Below are positions 18,132 through 31,106 of a stretch of 64,000 bases of DNA, in pieces. The notes under the pieces were generated by a model, which saw only the letters and a list, made by a program, of their open reading frames with translations, ran no database searches and was not told the origin of the DNA. Position numbers and translations under genes: made by a program. The number at the start of each line of letters is the position of its first letter. Positions within the stretch are counted from its first letter, which is position 1. The stretch is from Microbacterium sp. (GTDB lineage: Bacteria > Actinomycetota > Actinomycetes > Actinomycetales > Microbacteriaceae), in assembly GCF_047607225.1 (NCBI RefSeq), contig NZ_JASGDO010000067.1, positions 3,238 through 67,237 on the forward strand. Reading direction: 5' to 3'.

Positions 18132-18716
18132 ATGGCTGACACCTGGCTCGTGGTGGGACTGGGCAACCCCGGCCCGCGATACGAGCGCACACGCCACAAC
18201 ATCGGACAGCTCGTGGTGGATGAGCTCGCGGCTCGACGTTCCGAGGCACTCCGCTCCCACAAGGCCAACGCTCGCGTCGCGGAAACGTGGCTGCGCCCGG
18301 GCGCCTCGAAGATGGTCCTCGCTCAGCCGAACTCCTTCATGAACGTATCGGGCGGCCCGGTGTCGGCATTGACGGCGTTCTACGGCATTCCGGCCGACCA
18401 CGTGATCGTCGTGCACGATGAACTGGACATCCCGTTCGACACGCTCAAGCTCAAGGTCGGCGGCGGCCACGGCGGGCACAACGGGGTCCGCGACGTCGCC
18501 AAGGCTCTCGGCACGCCGGAGTTCACTCGTGTGCGGGTGGGCATCGGGCGGCCCCCCGGCCGCCAGGACCCCGCAGACTGGGTGCTCGATCCGTTCTCGG
18601 CGACCGAGCGCGCCGTGCTCCCCTCGCTCGTCTCCGACGCCGCGGACGCCGTCGAGCAGGTGGTCGGTGAGGGCCTTCTGGCCGCGCAGCAACGCTGGCA
18701 CGCCCCCCGGGCCTAG
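18132..18716 (+). CDS. pth: Peptidyl-tRNA hydrolase
   Basis: [33 protein letters not shown] 18132 chosen (SD GAAAGG, canonical N-terminus); ORF opens at 18117. Confidence 0.93.
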   Translation: MADTWLVVGLGNPGPRYERTRHNIGQLVVDELAARRSEALRSHKANARVAETWLRPGASKMVLAQPNSFMNVSGGPVSALTAFYGIPADHVIVVHDELDIPFDTLKLKVGGGHGGHNGVRDVAKALGTPEFTRVRVGIGRPPGRQDPADWVLDPFSATERAVLPSLVSDAADAVEQVVGEGLLAAQQRWHAPRA

Positions 18717-18794
18717 AGTCGCGCCACCGGCCGACGCAGGGCCCGACGCGCCGGCCGACCCACCGGCCGACGCGACGTCGTCGAGGCGGGACTC

Positions 18795-19913
18795 TCAGGG
18801 CCGTATCGCGGTTCGGAGGCGCAGGGGCGACGTGGCCGCGAACGCGCGAGGCGCCTCGCGCAGCGGCACGGTCTCACCGACCGCCTCCGCGAACACGGCG
18901 GCGTCGGCGCGCTCGAGGAACGCCAGCGCCCGGCCGACGTGTGCCGGGTCCGCCCTCTCGACGACCCGCACGCGAAGCCCGCGCGAGATGACCGAGGCGG
19001 TCTCGGTGAGACGTCTCTGCGGCGGGGCGGCGTCGCCCGACACGACGATCAGGCCACCGTGTCGCGTCCCGGCGGCGACGGCGTCCAGAGCCTCGGCGCT
19101 TCCGACGAAGTCCAGTGCGACGTCGTGCCCCGCCGGAGGGGCGTCGGGGGTGGAGACGGCGGCGGCACCGAAACGGAGCGCACGCTCCCGGCGGACGGGG
19201 TCTGCGTCCAGCACGGTGACCACCGCACCACGGGCCGCAGCCATCGCCGCCGCGGTCACCCCGCGCATCCCTGCGTCGGAGATCACGACGCGGGCGCCCT
19301 CCAGTGGGTGCTCCCGGGCGGCGCAGGCGAGCGCGGCGGATGCCGCGGCGCCGGCGCAGGAGGCGGGGGCGAGCACTTCGGCCGGGACCCAGTCACGCGC
19401 GCGAAAGACGACGGTTCCGGCGAGCAGATGCACGTGAGTGGCAATGCCGCCCGAGAGCTCCCACCCTCGTGTCGCCCGCTCGTTCCCGTAGCGGTGAGGC
19501 CGGAGGCACGCCGTCGTCCGCTCGGTTCCTCCCGACGAGCTGGTGCGGCACGCGTCGCACCGCCCGCACGCGACCTCGCGCGCCCAGAGCACCCGATCTC
19601 CGAGCGCGAGGGCGCGCCCGTCGGCGGTGACGGCCGGAGCGCCCGGGCCGAGCGCGACGATCCGGCCGACCTGCTCATGACCGAGGATCTGGGGGACCGT
19701 CGCTGCGCGCGAGGAGCCCGTCGTGCGGAGATCGCACTCACAGACCGTCGCGAGCTCGACGGCGGCCAAGGCTTCGCCCTCCTGGAGGGTGACCTCCAGG
19801 ACGGCGATGGGTTGGAGGGGCTGGTCCGCGCCGATGAACGCGTAGGCCTCGGCGGGAGGGCGCAGCCCCACGCGCACGCCCACCGGGGTGCGCGTCAGGG
19901 TCTGCGTGCTCAT
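18795..19913 (-). CDS. Zinc-dependent alcohol dehydrogenase-like (MDR family) oxidoreductase, substrate unknown
   Basis: ILGHEQVGRIVALG (GHE motif), Cys cluster CGRCDACR, Rossmann-like central segment. SD GAGAGG. Confidence 0.7.
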   Translation of the reverse strand: MSTQTLTRTPVGVRVGLRPPAEAYAFIGADQPLQPIAVLEVTLQEGEALAAVELATVCECDLRTTGSSRAATVPQILGHEQVGRIVALGPGAPAVTADGRALALGDRVLWAREVACGRCDACRTSSSGGTERTTACLRPHRYGNERATRGWELSGGIATHVHLLAGTVVFRARDWVPAEVLAPASCAGAAASAALACAAREHPLEGARVVISDAGMRGVTAAAMAAARGAVVTVLDADPVRRERALRFGAAAVSTPDAPPAGHDVALDFVGSAEALDAVAAGTRHGGLIVVSGDAAPPQRRLTETASVISRGLRVRVVERADPAHVGRALAFLERADAAVFAEAVGETVPLREAPRAFAATSPLRLRTAIRP

Positions 19914-20065
19914 CGGTCGGCCTCTCGAGTCCAGCGCGGGGGTCTGGCGGGGATGTCGGACGAGCGACGCTACGCAGCGGGGGTGACGGCGTGGTGAACG
20001 GCGAGAGGATGCCGGATGTCGCCGGGGGAGACGCTCCCGCGCGACGCGATGTCGGACCCGGCGCC

Positions 20066-20071
20066 TAGACT
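20066..20071 (+). promoter_or_regulatory. -10 box TAGACT, 6 nt before ATG 20078 (leaderless mfd)
   Basis: TAGACTGGAGGGATG. The GGAGGG is too close to the ATG to act as an SD. Confidence 0.45.
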
Positions 20072-20077
20072 GGAGGG

Positions 20078-23000
20078 ATGACAGTCGCCGGGATCGTGCG
20101 CGCCCTTTCGCAGTCCGATTCCTTCGCAGAGGTCCTCCGAAACGCCCGCCGCGATGCCGACTTCTCCGTCGTCGCTGGCCTCGACGCGCCGCTGATCGCC
20201 GCCCTCCTCGACGCGCGTACCGCCGATGGCGGGGCGCCGTCGCTCCTGGTGATCACCCCGACCGGACGCCGTGCCGAGAGCGTAGGGGCGGCGCTGCGTT
20301 CGCTCATCCCGACGGCGGACGTGCGAGAGTTCCCCGCCTGGGAGACCCTTCCCCACGAGCGGCTGAGTCCAAGCGCTGAGACCGTCGGACGCCGTCTGGA
20401 GGTGCTTCGTCGTGCGGAGGCGTGGGACGGCTCGGTACCCCTCATCGTGGTGGCCTCGGTGCGAAGCGCCCTGCAGCCGCTGGCGGCCGGGCTCACCGCC
20501 GCCGGTGCCGTCGAGCTGACCGTCGGGGCTCGCGGTCAAGAGCTCGACGGCGTCGTTCGCCGGTTGATCGATCTGGCCTATCACCGCGTGGACATGGTGT
20601 CGCGGCGCGGCGAGTTCGCGGTGCGAGGGGGGATCCTCGACGTCTTCGCGCCGTCGGCCGACCATCCCGTGCGCGTCGAGTTCTTCGGCGACGAGATCGA
20701 CCAGATCCGCGCCTTCTCCGTCGCCGACCAGCGCTCTCTCCCCGGCGAGATCGCCTCGGCGACCTTCGTCCCCAGCCGGGAGCTCCTGCTCACTCCGAGC
20801 GTGCGGGAGCGGGCCGCCGGTCTTCAGGACGCGTTTCCGGGCCTGCGCACGATGCTCGAGAAGATGAGCGAGGGGATCCCCGTCGAAGGAATGGAGTCGC
20901 TCCTTCCCGCCGTCGCCGACGCCGTCGTGCCCCTCCTCGACTACCTTCCTCGCGGGACGGCGACGGCCGTGGTCGACCCGGAGCGCGCCGTGACGCGGGC
21001 GATGACCCTGGGGGAGACCAACCAGGAGTTCCTGGAGGCGGCCTGGAGTGCGGCGACCGCGGGAGCAGACACCCCCGTCGACCTGGGGTCGGGCGACTTC
21101 CTGACGCTTCCCCAGCTTCGGGAGACGGCAACCGAACGCGGCGGAGTCTGGTGGACGTTCAGCGGGTTCGACTCGGGTGCCGCCGACGCGCATGCCGAGG
21201 GGCTCGTCGAGGCCGACGGATCGGTTCGGGTGCCGGCAACGGCCGTCCCGGCGTTCCAGGGCAATGTCGAGGGCGCGACGGGTCACGTCGCCGGACTCGT
21301 CGCCGAGGGGTGGAGCGTCGTCATCGCCGCGAGTGGCACCGGCCTCGTCGACCGCGCGCGGGACGTCCTGGCCGAGCGCGGCGTCGCCGCCCGCACCGTC
21401 GCGGAGCTCGAGGCGGCGCCGGAGCCGGGGGTCGCCACCGCGGTGGTGGCCTCCTTGGAGTCGGGCTTCCAGTCCTCCGACGCACGGCTCGCCGTCCTCA
21501 CCGAGAACGAGTTCTACGGCCGGACGATCGGCGGCGACTCCCGCGTCGTCAAGAAGCTCGCCTCGCGCCGCCGCAACGTCGTCGATCCGCTGCAGCTCAA
21601 GCCCGGCGACGTCGTCGTGCACGCGACCCACGGGATCGGACGCTTCGTGGAGCTCGTTCAGCGCGAGGTCTCCAGCGGCGGACGCCACGCGGTCAAGACG
21701 CAGCGTGAGTACCTCGTCCTGGAATACGCCCCGTCCAAGCGCGGGTTCCCGGGCGACAAGCTCTTCGTCCCCACCGATCAGCTCGACCAGCTCTCCCGCT
21801 ACGTCGGCGGTGAGGCTCCGACCCTCTCGAAGATGGGCGGGAGCGACTGGGCGGCGGCCAAGGGGCGCGCGCGAAAGGCGGTGCGCGACATCGCCGTCGA
21901 GCTCGTCAAGCTCTACTCCGCGCGCATGGCGGCGAAGGGACACGCCTTCGGGCCCGACACACCGTGGCAGCGCGAGCTGGAGGAGGCCTTCCCCTTCGCC
22001 GAGACGCAGGATCAGCTCCAGACGATCGATGAGATCAAAGCCGACATGGAGCGTCCCATCCCGATGGACCGTCTCCTGAGCGGCGACGTCGGCTTCGGGA
22101 AGACCGAAGTGGCCGTCCGCGCCGCGTTCAAAGCCATCCAGGACGGCAAGCAGGTTGCGATGCTCGTGCCTACGACCCTCCTCGTCAAACAGCACCTGGA
22201 GACGTTCACGGAGCGCTTCGCCGGGTTCCCCGTGAAGGTGCGCCCTCTGTCGCGGTTCCAGTCCGAGAAGGAGGCGCGCGCGACGATCGCCGGGCTCCTG
22301 GACGGCACGATCGACATGGTGATCGGCACGCACCGTATCCTCACCGAGAAGGTGGTCTTCCGCGACCTGGGACTCATGATCATCGACGAGGAGCAGCGTT
22401 TCGGTGTCGAGCACAAGGACCAGCTGAAGAAGCTCAAGACCAACGTCGACATCCTCGCGATGAGCGCAACGCCGATCCCGCGCACCCTGGAGATGGCGGT
22501 CACCGGCATCCGGGAGATGTCGACCCTTCAGACGCCGCCCGAGGATCGCCATCCGATCCTCACCTATGTCGGTCCGCGCAGCGACAAGCAGGTCGCCGCC
22601 GCCATCCGGCGTGAGCTCCTGCGCGAGGGACAGGTCTTCTACGTCCACAATCGGGTGCAGTCGATCCAGCGGGTCGCCGCTCATCTGGCCGAGCTCGTGC
22701 CGGAGGCCCGGATCGCGGTGGCCCACGGGCAGATGGGTGAGCACGCGCTCGAGCAGGTCGTCGATGACTTCTGGGAGCGTCGCGCCGACGTCCTGGTCTC
22801 GACCACGATCATCGAGACCGGGCTGGACATCTCCAACGCCAACACGATCATCATCGACCGCGCCGACAAGTACGGGCTCAGCCAGCTCCATCAGCTGCGC
22901 GGCCGGGTCGGCCGTGGGCGCGAACGCGCGTACGCCTACTTCCTGTACGACGAGTTGAAGCCGCTCAGCGAGACCGCCGCGGATCGCCTGGAGACCATCG

Positions 23001-23665
23001 CGGTCAACAACGATCTCGGCTCGGGCATGCAGGTCGCACTCAAGGACCTCGAGCTGCGCGGAGCGGGGAACCTTCTGGGCGCCGAGCAGGCCGGACACAT
23101 CGCCGGCGTCGGGTTCGATCTCTACCTGCGGATGATCGGCGAGGCGGTCGCCACGTTCCGTGGCGAGGACACCGAGGGGCCGGCCGAGCTCCGGCTGGAA
23201 CTGCCGATCGAGGCGCGCATCCCCGAGTCGTACATCGACAGTGAGCGCCTGCGGTTGGAGGCGTATCAGAAACTGTCGGCGGCAGCCTCGGTCACCGCCG
23301 CGCCAGACGCCATCGACCTCGTCGCCGAAGAGCTGCGCGACCGCTACGGCGCGACGCCTCGTGAGGTCGAGGCGCTGTTCGCCGTGGCGCGCCTGCGTCG
23401 CCGGGCCGCGCAGTCCGAGCTGACGGACGTCGTGGCGATGGGACCGAACTTGCGGATCGCGCCCGCTCACCTACCCGACTCCCTGCGGGTGCGTCTGCAG
23501 CGCCTGCACCCGAAGGCGAAGGTCCTCGCCGGCGGCGAGGCGATGATCGTCCCGCTGCCGACGGCGGGAGGGGAGCCGGTGGCTCCCGACGATCTGCTGG
23601 CGTGGACGCGGCAGCTGCTCGACCAGATGTTCCCGATTCCGGAGCGTCGTGCGGCGGACGAGTGA
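20078..23665 (+). CDS. mfd: Transcription-repair coupling factor
   Basis: 1195 aa. UvrB-homology N-terminus, CarD-like RNAP-interacting region, SF2 translocase motifs GDVGFGKTEVA and DEEQRFG, C-terminal autoinhibitory domain. Confidence 0.96.
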   Translation: MTVAGIVRALSQSDSFAEVLRNARRDADFSVVAGLDAPLIAALLDARTADGGAPSLLVITPTGRRAESVGAALRSLIPTADVREFPAWETLPHERLSPSAETVGRRLEVLRRAEAWDGSVPLIVVASVRSALQPLAAGLTAAGAVELTVGARGQELDGVVRRLIDLAYHRVDMVSRRGEFAVRGGILDVFAPSADHPVRVEFFGDEIDQIRAFSVADQRSLPGEIASATFVPSRELLLTPSVRERAAGLQDAFPGLRTMLEKMSEGIPVEGMESLLPAVADAVVPLLDYLPRGTATAVVDPERAVTRAMTLGETNQEFLEAAWSAATAGADTPVDLGSGDFLTLPQLRETATERGGVWWTFSGFDSGAADAHAEGLVEADGSVRVPATAVPAFQGNVEGATGHVAGLVAEGWSVVIAASGTGLVDRARDVLAERGVAARTVAELEAAPEPGVATAVVASLESGFQSSDARLAVLTENEFYGRTIGGDSRVVKKLASRRRNVVDPLQLKPGDVVVHATHGIGRFVELVQREVSSGGRHAVKTQREYLVLEYAPSKRGFPGDKLFVPTDQLDQLSRYVGGEAPTLSKMGGSDWAAAKGRARKAVRDIAVELVKLYSARMAAKGHAFGPDTPWQRELEEAFPFAETQDQLQTIDEIKADMERPIPMDRLLSGDVGFGKTEVAVRAAFKAIQDGKQVAMLVPTTLLVKQHLETFTERFAGFPVKVRPLSRFQSEKEARATIAGLLDGTIDMVIGTHRILTEKVVFRDLGLMIIDEEQRFGVEHKDQLKKLKTNVDILAMSATPIPRTLEMAVTGIREMSTLQTPPEDRHPILTYVGPRSDKQVAAAIRRELLREGQVFYVHNRVQSIQRVAAHLAELVPEARIAVAHGQMGEHALEQVVDDFWERRADVLVSTTIIETGLDISNANTIIIDRADKYGLSQLHQLRGRVGRGRERAYAYFLYDELKPLSETAADRLETIAVNNDLGSGMQVALKDLELRGAGNLLGAEQAGHIAGVGFDLYLRMIGEAVATFRGEDTEGPAELRLELPIEARIPESYIDSERLRLEAYQKLSAAASVTAAPDAIDLVAEELRDRYGATPREVEALFAVARLRRRAAQSELTDVVAMGPNLRIAPAHLPDSLRVRLQRLHPKAKVLAGGEAMIVPLPTAGGEPVAPDDLLAWTRQLLDQMFPIPERRAADE

Positions 23666-23709
23666 TCTCGCGCGCGATTCGGCCCGCCGGAGCGAGCGAC
23701 GCGTCGGGG

Positions 23710-25173
<1,464 letters not shown>

Positions 25174-25201
25174 TCACCTCGACGCAGATGACGACGGGCC
25201 C

Positions 25202-25207
25202 TACGCT
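25202..25207 (+). promoter_or_regulatory. -10 box TACGCT, 6 nt before ATG 25214 (leaderless gamma-CA-like gene)
   Basis: TAnnnT + GGCGGC + ATG. Confidence 0.4.
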
Positions 25208-25213
25208 GGCGGC

Positions 25214-25816
25214 ATGCGAATCGAGCACCTCGGGACACAGCCCCGAATCCACCCCGATGCCGTCGTCGCTCCCACCGCCGTCATCTCCGGGGATGTGACG
25301 ATCGGTCCGGGATGCCAGATCCTGCACGGCGCTGTTCTCACCGCCGAGGGCGGCCCGGTGACCCTCGGTGCGTCGGTCATCGTGATGGAGAACGCCCTCG
25401 TTCGCGCGAGCGCGAGTCACCCCGTCCATATCGGCGATCATGTGCTCGTCGGGCCGATGGCGAGCGTGTCGGGAGCGGTGGTGGAGGACGAGGTCTTCCT
25501 CGCCACGGGCACGCGCGTGTTCAACGGGGCGCGTATCGGCACCGGCAGCGAAGTGCGCATCAATGCGGTCGTGCACCTGCGCACGGTCCTGCCGCCGCGC
25601 ACCGTCGTGCCCATCGGCTGGGTCGCGGTGGGTGACCCGGCCGAGGTCCTCTCGCCCGACCGTCACGAGGAGATCTGGGAGCGTCAGCACGACCTGGACT
25701 TCCCGGGGTTCGTCTTCGGCCTGGACCGTGACACGCCCGACCTGATGACGCAGCTCACCGAACGCTACGCGTCATCGCTCTCCCGCCACTCCGGCGACCG
25801 GCGGCTCGAGGACTGA
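25214..25816 (+). CDS. Gamma-carbonic-anhydrase-like / hexapeptide-repeat (LbH) family protein
   Basis: Left-handed beta-helix hexapeptide repeats (VISGDVTIGPGCQILHGAVL..). Size and layout match the gamma-CA/YrdA/PaaY family. Start fixed by -10 TACGCT 6 nt upstream. The upstream part of ORF 24824.. is antisense to gdhA. Confidence 0.8.
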   Translation: MRIEHLGTQPRIHPDAVVAPTAVISGDVTIGPGCQILHGAVLTAEGGPVTLGASVIVMENALVRASASHPVHIGDHVLVGPMASVSGAVVEDEVFLATGTRVFNGARIGTGSEVRINAVVHLRTVLPPRTVVPIGWVAVGDPAEVLSPDRHEEIWERQHDLDFPGFVFGLDRDTPDLMTQLTERYASSLSRHSGDRRLED

Positions 25817-25834
25817 CGCGGCAGAGGCCACCCG

Positions 25835-28501
<2,667 letters not shown>

Positions 28502-28508
28502 GGCTTCA

Positions 28509-28514
28509 ACGGTA
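28509..28514 (-). promoter_or_regulatory. -10 box TACCGT, 7 nt before ATG 28501 (leaderless ppc)
   Basis: Minus strand reads TACCGTTGAAGCCATG. Confidence 0.4.
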
Positions 28515-28531
28515 ACGGCAGGTTGTTACCG
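28510..28531. promoter_or_regulatory. Inverted repeat CGGTAAC-N8-GTTACCG overlapping the ppc -10 box (candidate operator)
   Basis: Perfect 7-bp arms in the 86-bp ppc/mazG divergent spacer. Confidence 0.35.
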
Positions 28532-28575
28532 GCTCGTCACGTGTGACGTCGGATGCCGCGGTGACGGCGACGATC

Positions 28576-28581
28576 TAGGGT
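28576..28581 (+). promoter_or_regulatory. -10 box TAGGGT, 6 nt before ATG 28588 (leaderless mazG)
   Basis: TAGGGTGGCCGCATG. Confidence 0.45.
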
Positions 28582-28587
28582 GGCCGC

Positions 28588-29241
28588 ATGGACACCGACC
28601 CCGATCCGCTCCGCCGTGCCGTCGCGACGATGCAGGCGGTCCGCGAGCGCTGTGTGTGGAGCGCCCGGATCAGTCACCGCGACCTCGTGCCCTACCTGCA
28701 GGAGGAGGCCGCCGAGCTCGTCGACGCGGTGGAGGCCGGCACCCGTGAGGATCTGCGGGAGGAGCTGGGCGACCTGCTGTGGCAGGTGCTCTTCCATGCC
28801 CAGATCGCCGCCGAGGACCGCGACGACCCGTTCGACATCGACGATGTGGCCCGCACGCTCACCGAGAAGATGGTGCGCCGGCATCCCCACGTGTTCGGCG
28901 ACGCCGTCGCGAGGACGCCGGAAGAGGTGCTCGTGCACTGGAACGCGGCGAAGGCCGCGGAGAAGAGCGCGCGGACGAGCGTGCTCGACGGCCTCTCGCC
29001 CCACATGCCCGCGCTGGCGTTGGCACAGAAGATGCTCGGGCGTGTCGGGGCGACGATCGACCCGCCGGCGCCGCCCTCCCCGGCTCCCGCATCCGAAGCG
29101 GAGCTCGGTGACGCTCTCCTGGCGTTGGTGGCTGCTGCCCGCGTGCACGGCTGGGACGCCGAGCGGGCGCTTCGTGAGCGGTTGCGCGGGGTCGAGGCCG
29201 ACGTGCGCCGGGCCGAGTCATCCGGGGGCCGTGGCGCCTGA
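28588..29241 (+). CDS. mazG: MazG-family nucleoside triphosphate pyrophosphohydrolase
   Basis: EEAAELVDAVE....EELGDLLWQVLFHAQIA motif. Conserved position downstream of mfd in actinobacteria. Confidence 0.88.
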   Translation: MDTDPDPLRRAVATMQAVRERCVWSARISHRDLVPYLQEEAAELVDAVEAGTREDLREELGDLLWQVLFHAQIAAEDRDDPFDIDDVARTLTEKMVRRHPHVFGDAVARTPEEVLVHWNAAKAAEKSARTSVLDGLSPHMPALALAQKMLGRVGATIDPPAPPSPAPASEAELGDALLALVAAARVHGWDAERALRERLRGVEADVRRAESSGGRGA

Positions 29242-29334
29242 TCCCTCCAGAACCCGCTCCGTCATCGGCGGCCCGGCTCTCCCCAGCCCACGACACGGAC
29301 CGGGGGAGCCGCACAGACCTGGGAGAATGGTCGG

Positions 29335-30654
29335 GTGGCATCCGTGAACCCGCCGCGCGGCATGCGCGACTTCCTCCCCGCTGACAAGGCCCGTCGCGAG
29401 CGCGTGCTCGCCGTCATCCGTGACCGCTATCGGGCGCACGGATTCGACGAGATCGAGACGCCCGTCGTCGAGGAGTACGCGCGTTTGCACGCTGGGATCG
29501 GCGGCGACAACGAGAAGCTCTCCTTCAGCGTGCTCAAGCGGGGGATGGATGCCGACGCGATCCGGGCGAACGCCGACGATCCCGCCGCGCTGTCGGACCT
29601 CGGGCTGCGCTACGACCTGACGGTGCCCCTGGCGCGCTTCTATGCGAGCCACCGCGCGGAGCTCCCCGCGGTCTTCCGCTCCATCCAGATCGCTCCCGTC
29701 TGGCGCGCCGAGCGCCCCCAGAAGGGCCGGTACCGGCAGTTCCTGCAGTGCGACATCGACATCATCGGCGACGCGTCGGCGCGCGCCGAGGCCGAGCTTC
29801 TCGCGGCGAGCCTCGACACGCTGGACGCCCTCGGCCTCGACGGGGGCACGATCCGCGTCAACGACCGCCGCATCCTGCGGGGCATGCTGAACCTGCTCGG
29901 CATCGGCGACGACGTCTCCGCCTCCGCGCTGATCACCCTCGACAAGCTCGACAAGATCGGCCCCGACGGCGTGGTCGCAGAACTGCGGGACAACGGCGTG
30001 CCGGCAGATGCCGCCGCGGAGTATCTGCGGACCCTCCTGCCCGGCACCGACGGTGCCTCGTCGACGGGGTTGTCGGTCCCGGTCACGCTCGAGGCGATCC
30101 TGCGGGTGCTCCCTCCTGTCAATCTCCTGCCGGAGGAAGTGCGGCAGGCCGCCGCCGACCTCGCCGGCATCGCCGAAGCGGTGGCCGCCGCCCGCGGCAT
30201 CCCGGTCGCCGACGTCCCCCTCGTGTTCGATCCGTTCCTCGTGCGCGGAATGGGCTACTACACCGGCACGATCTTCGAGCTCGCCCACCCCTCCGTCGGC
30301 TTCTCCCTCGGTGGCGGCGGGCGTTACGACGGGATGATCGGGCGTTTCCTCGGGCAGGACGTGCCCGCGGTCGGTTTCTCCCTCGGGTTCGAGCGGATCG
30401 TCGACCTCGTGTCACCCGGCACCGCGACGGCGTCCGACGCCGTCGTGCTCGTCCACGACCGAGACGTTCCGGTGGCACAGCTCGCGCGGCTCAAAGCGGC
30501 CTTCGTGGGGGAGGGGGCCCGCGTTCGCCTCGAGCAGCGGACGAAGAACCTCAAGGGTCTCCTCGAGCGCGCCACCGCCGACGGCTACACCTCCTTCGCG
30601 ACGGTCACCGCCGGCCAGGAGCGCGCCGACCTCCAGGTCAAGACGCTCGACTGA
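29335..30654 (+). CDS. hisS: Histidine--tRNA ligase
   Basis: RGMRDFLP, class II motif 2 WRAERPQKGRYRQFLQCD, HisA RGMGYYTG, motif 3 GGGGRYDGM, and a C-terminal HGTP anticodon-binding domain. GTG 29335. Confidence 0.9.
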   Translation: MASVNPPRGMRDFLPADKARRERVLAVIRDRYRAHGFDEIETPVVEEYARLHAGIGGDNEKLSFSVLKRGMDADAIRANADDPAALSDLGLRYDLTVPLARFYASHRAELPAVFRSIQIAPVWRAERPQKGRYRQFLQCDIDIIGDASARAEAELLAASLDTLDALGLDGGTIRVNDRRILRGMLNLLGIGDDVSASALITLDKLDKIGPDGVVAELRDNGVPADAAAEYLRTLLPGTDGASSTGLSVPVTLEAILRVLPPVNLLPEEVRQAAADLAGIAEAVAAARGIPVADVPLVFDPFLVRGMGYYTGTIFELAHPSVGFSLGGGGRYDGMIGRFLGQDVPAVGFSLGFERIVDLVSPGTATASDAVVLVHDRDVPVAQLARLKAAFVGEGARVRLEQRTKNLKGLLERATADGYTSFATVTAGQERADLQVKTLD

Positions 30655-30670
30655 CCCGTCTCTCTGGCGG

Positions 30671-30699
30671 CTCCGTCTCCTCGTGTCGGGGGAGCGGAG
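30671..30699 (+). terminator. Possible hairpin terminator after hisS (no U-tract)
   Basis: CTCCG(T)CTCC ... GGAG-CGGAG imperfect stem, 16 nt after the hisS stop. Confidence 0.3.
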
Positions 30700-30707
30700 T
30701 GCGGTCC

Positions 30708-30743
30708 GTTGTCGCACTCTCGTTGTTCTAGTTGTCATAGAAT
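30708..30743 (+). promoter_or_regulatory. GntR-gene promoter: three GTTGT direct repeats and -10 TAGAAT 6 nt before ATG 30750
   Basis: GTTGT at 30708, 30722 and 30731. TAGAAT at 30738..30743. AT-richer than the surroundings. Likely an autoregulatory operator plus leaderless promoter. Confidence 0.4.
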
Positions 30744-30749
30744 GGATGC

Positions 30750-31106
30750 ATGATCGTTCGTGTCGACCCGGCGAGCAGCGCACCGCTGTTCGAGCAGATC
30801 GCCGCATCGATCCGGATGGACGCCGCCGCCGGGCGGATGAGGCCCGGCGATCGTCTTCCCGCCGCGCGCGAACTCGCGCGGGCTCTCGAGGTCAATCTCC
30901 ACACGGTGCTCCACGCGTATCAGCGACTGCGTGACGAGGGCCTCGTCGATCTGCGCCCGGGACGGGGCGCCGTCGTGACCGGCGCCGTCGCCCCCCTCGC
31001 CGACCTCCACGACGACATCACCGCGCTCGCCGCACGCGCACGCGCCCTCTCGCTCTCGCCCGACACCCTCGCCGCTCTCGTGAAGGAGGCAGCCCATGAC
31101 CGCTGA
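30750..31106 (+). CDS. GntR-family transcriptional regulator (short YtrA-like subfamily)
   Basis: wHTH motif LPAARELARALEVNLHTVLHAYQRLRDEGLV. 118 aa with a short C-terminal helix pair. Leaderless-looking start. Confidence 0.88.
   Translation: MIVRVDPASSAPLFEQIAASIRMDAAAGRMRPGDRLPAARELARALEVNLHTVLHAYQRLRDEGLVDLRPGRGAVVTGAVAPLADLHDDITALAARARALSLSPDTLAALVKEAAHDR

Noticed and set aside
19970-23470. 1166-aa ORF on the minus strand (plus several 100-430-aa ORFs in other frames)
   Set aside because: It is antisense or out of frame to mfd and has no recognisable motifs, with extreme Arg/Gly/Pro content. The same reasoning applies to 26291..28546 and 26232..27878 (versus ppc), 14855..16390 (versus gnd), 54707..57112 and 54861..55751 (versus fumC and the carbonic anhydrase gene), 48764..50824 and 50184..52061, 36343..37980, 45330..47111, 32808..34052, 60664..62943 and 60938..62233.
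29335-30654. HisZ-like or otherwise non-catalytic HisRS paralogue
   Set aside because: All class II motifs, the HisA/HisB signature segments and a complete anticodon-binding domain are present, so it looks like an ordinary functional hisS. Whether a second copy exists elsewhere cannot be judged from this window.
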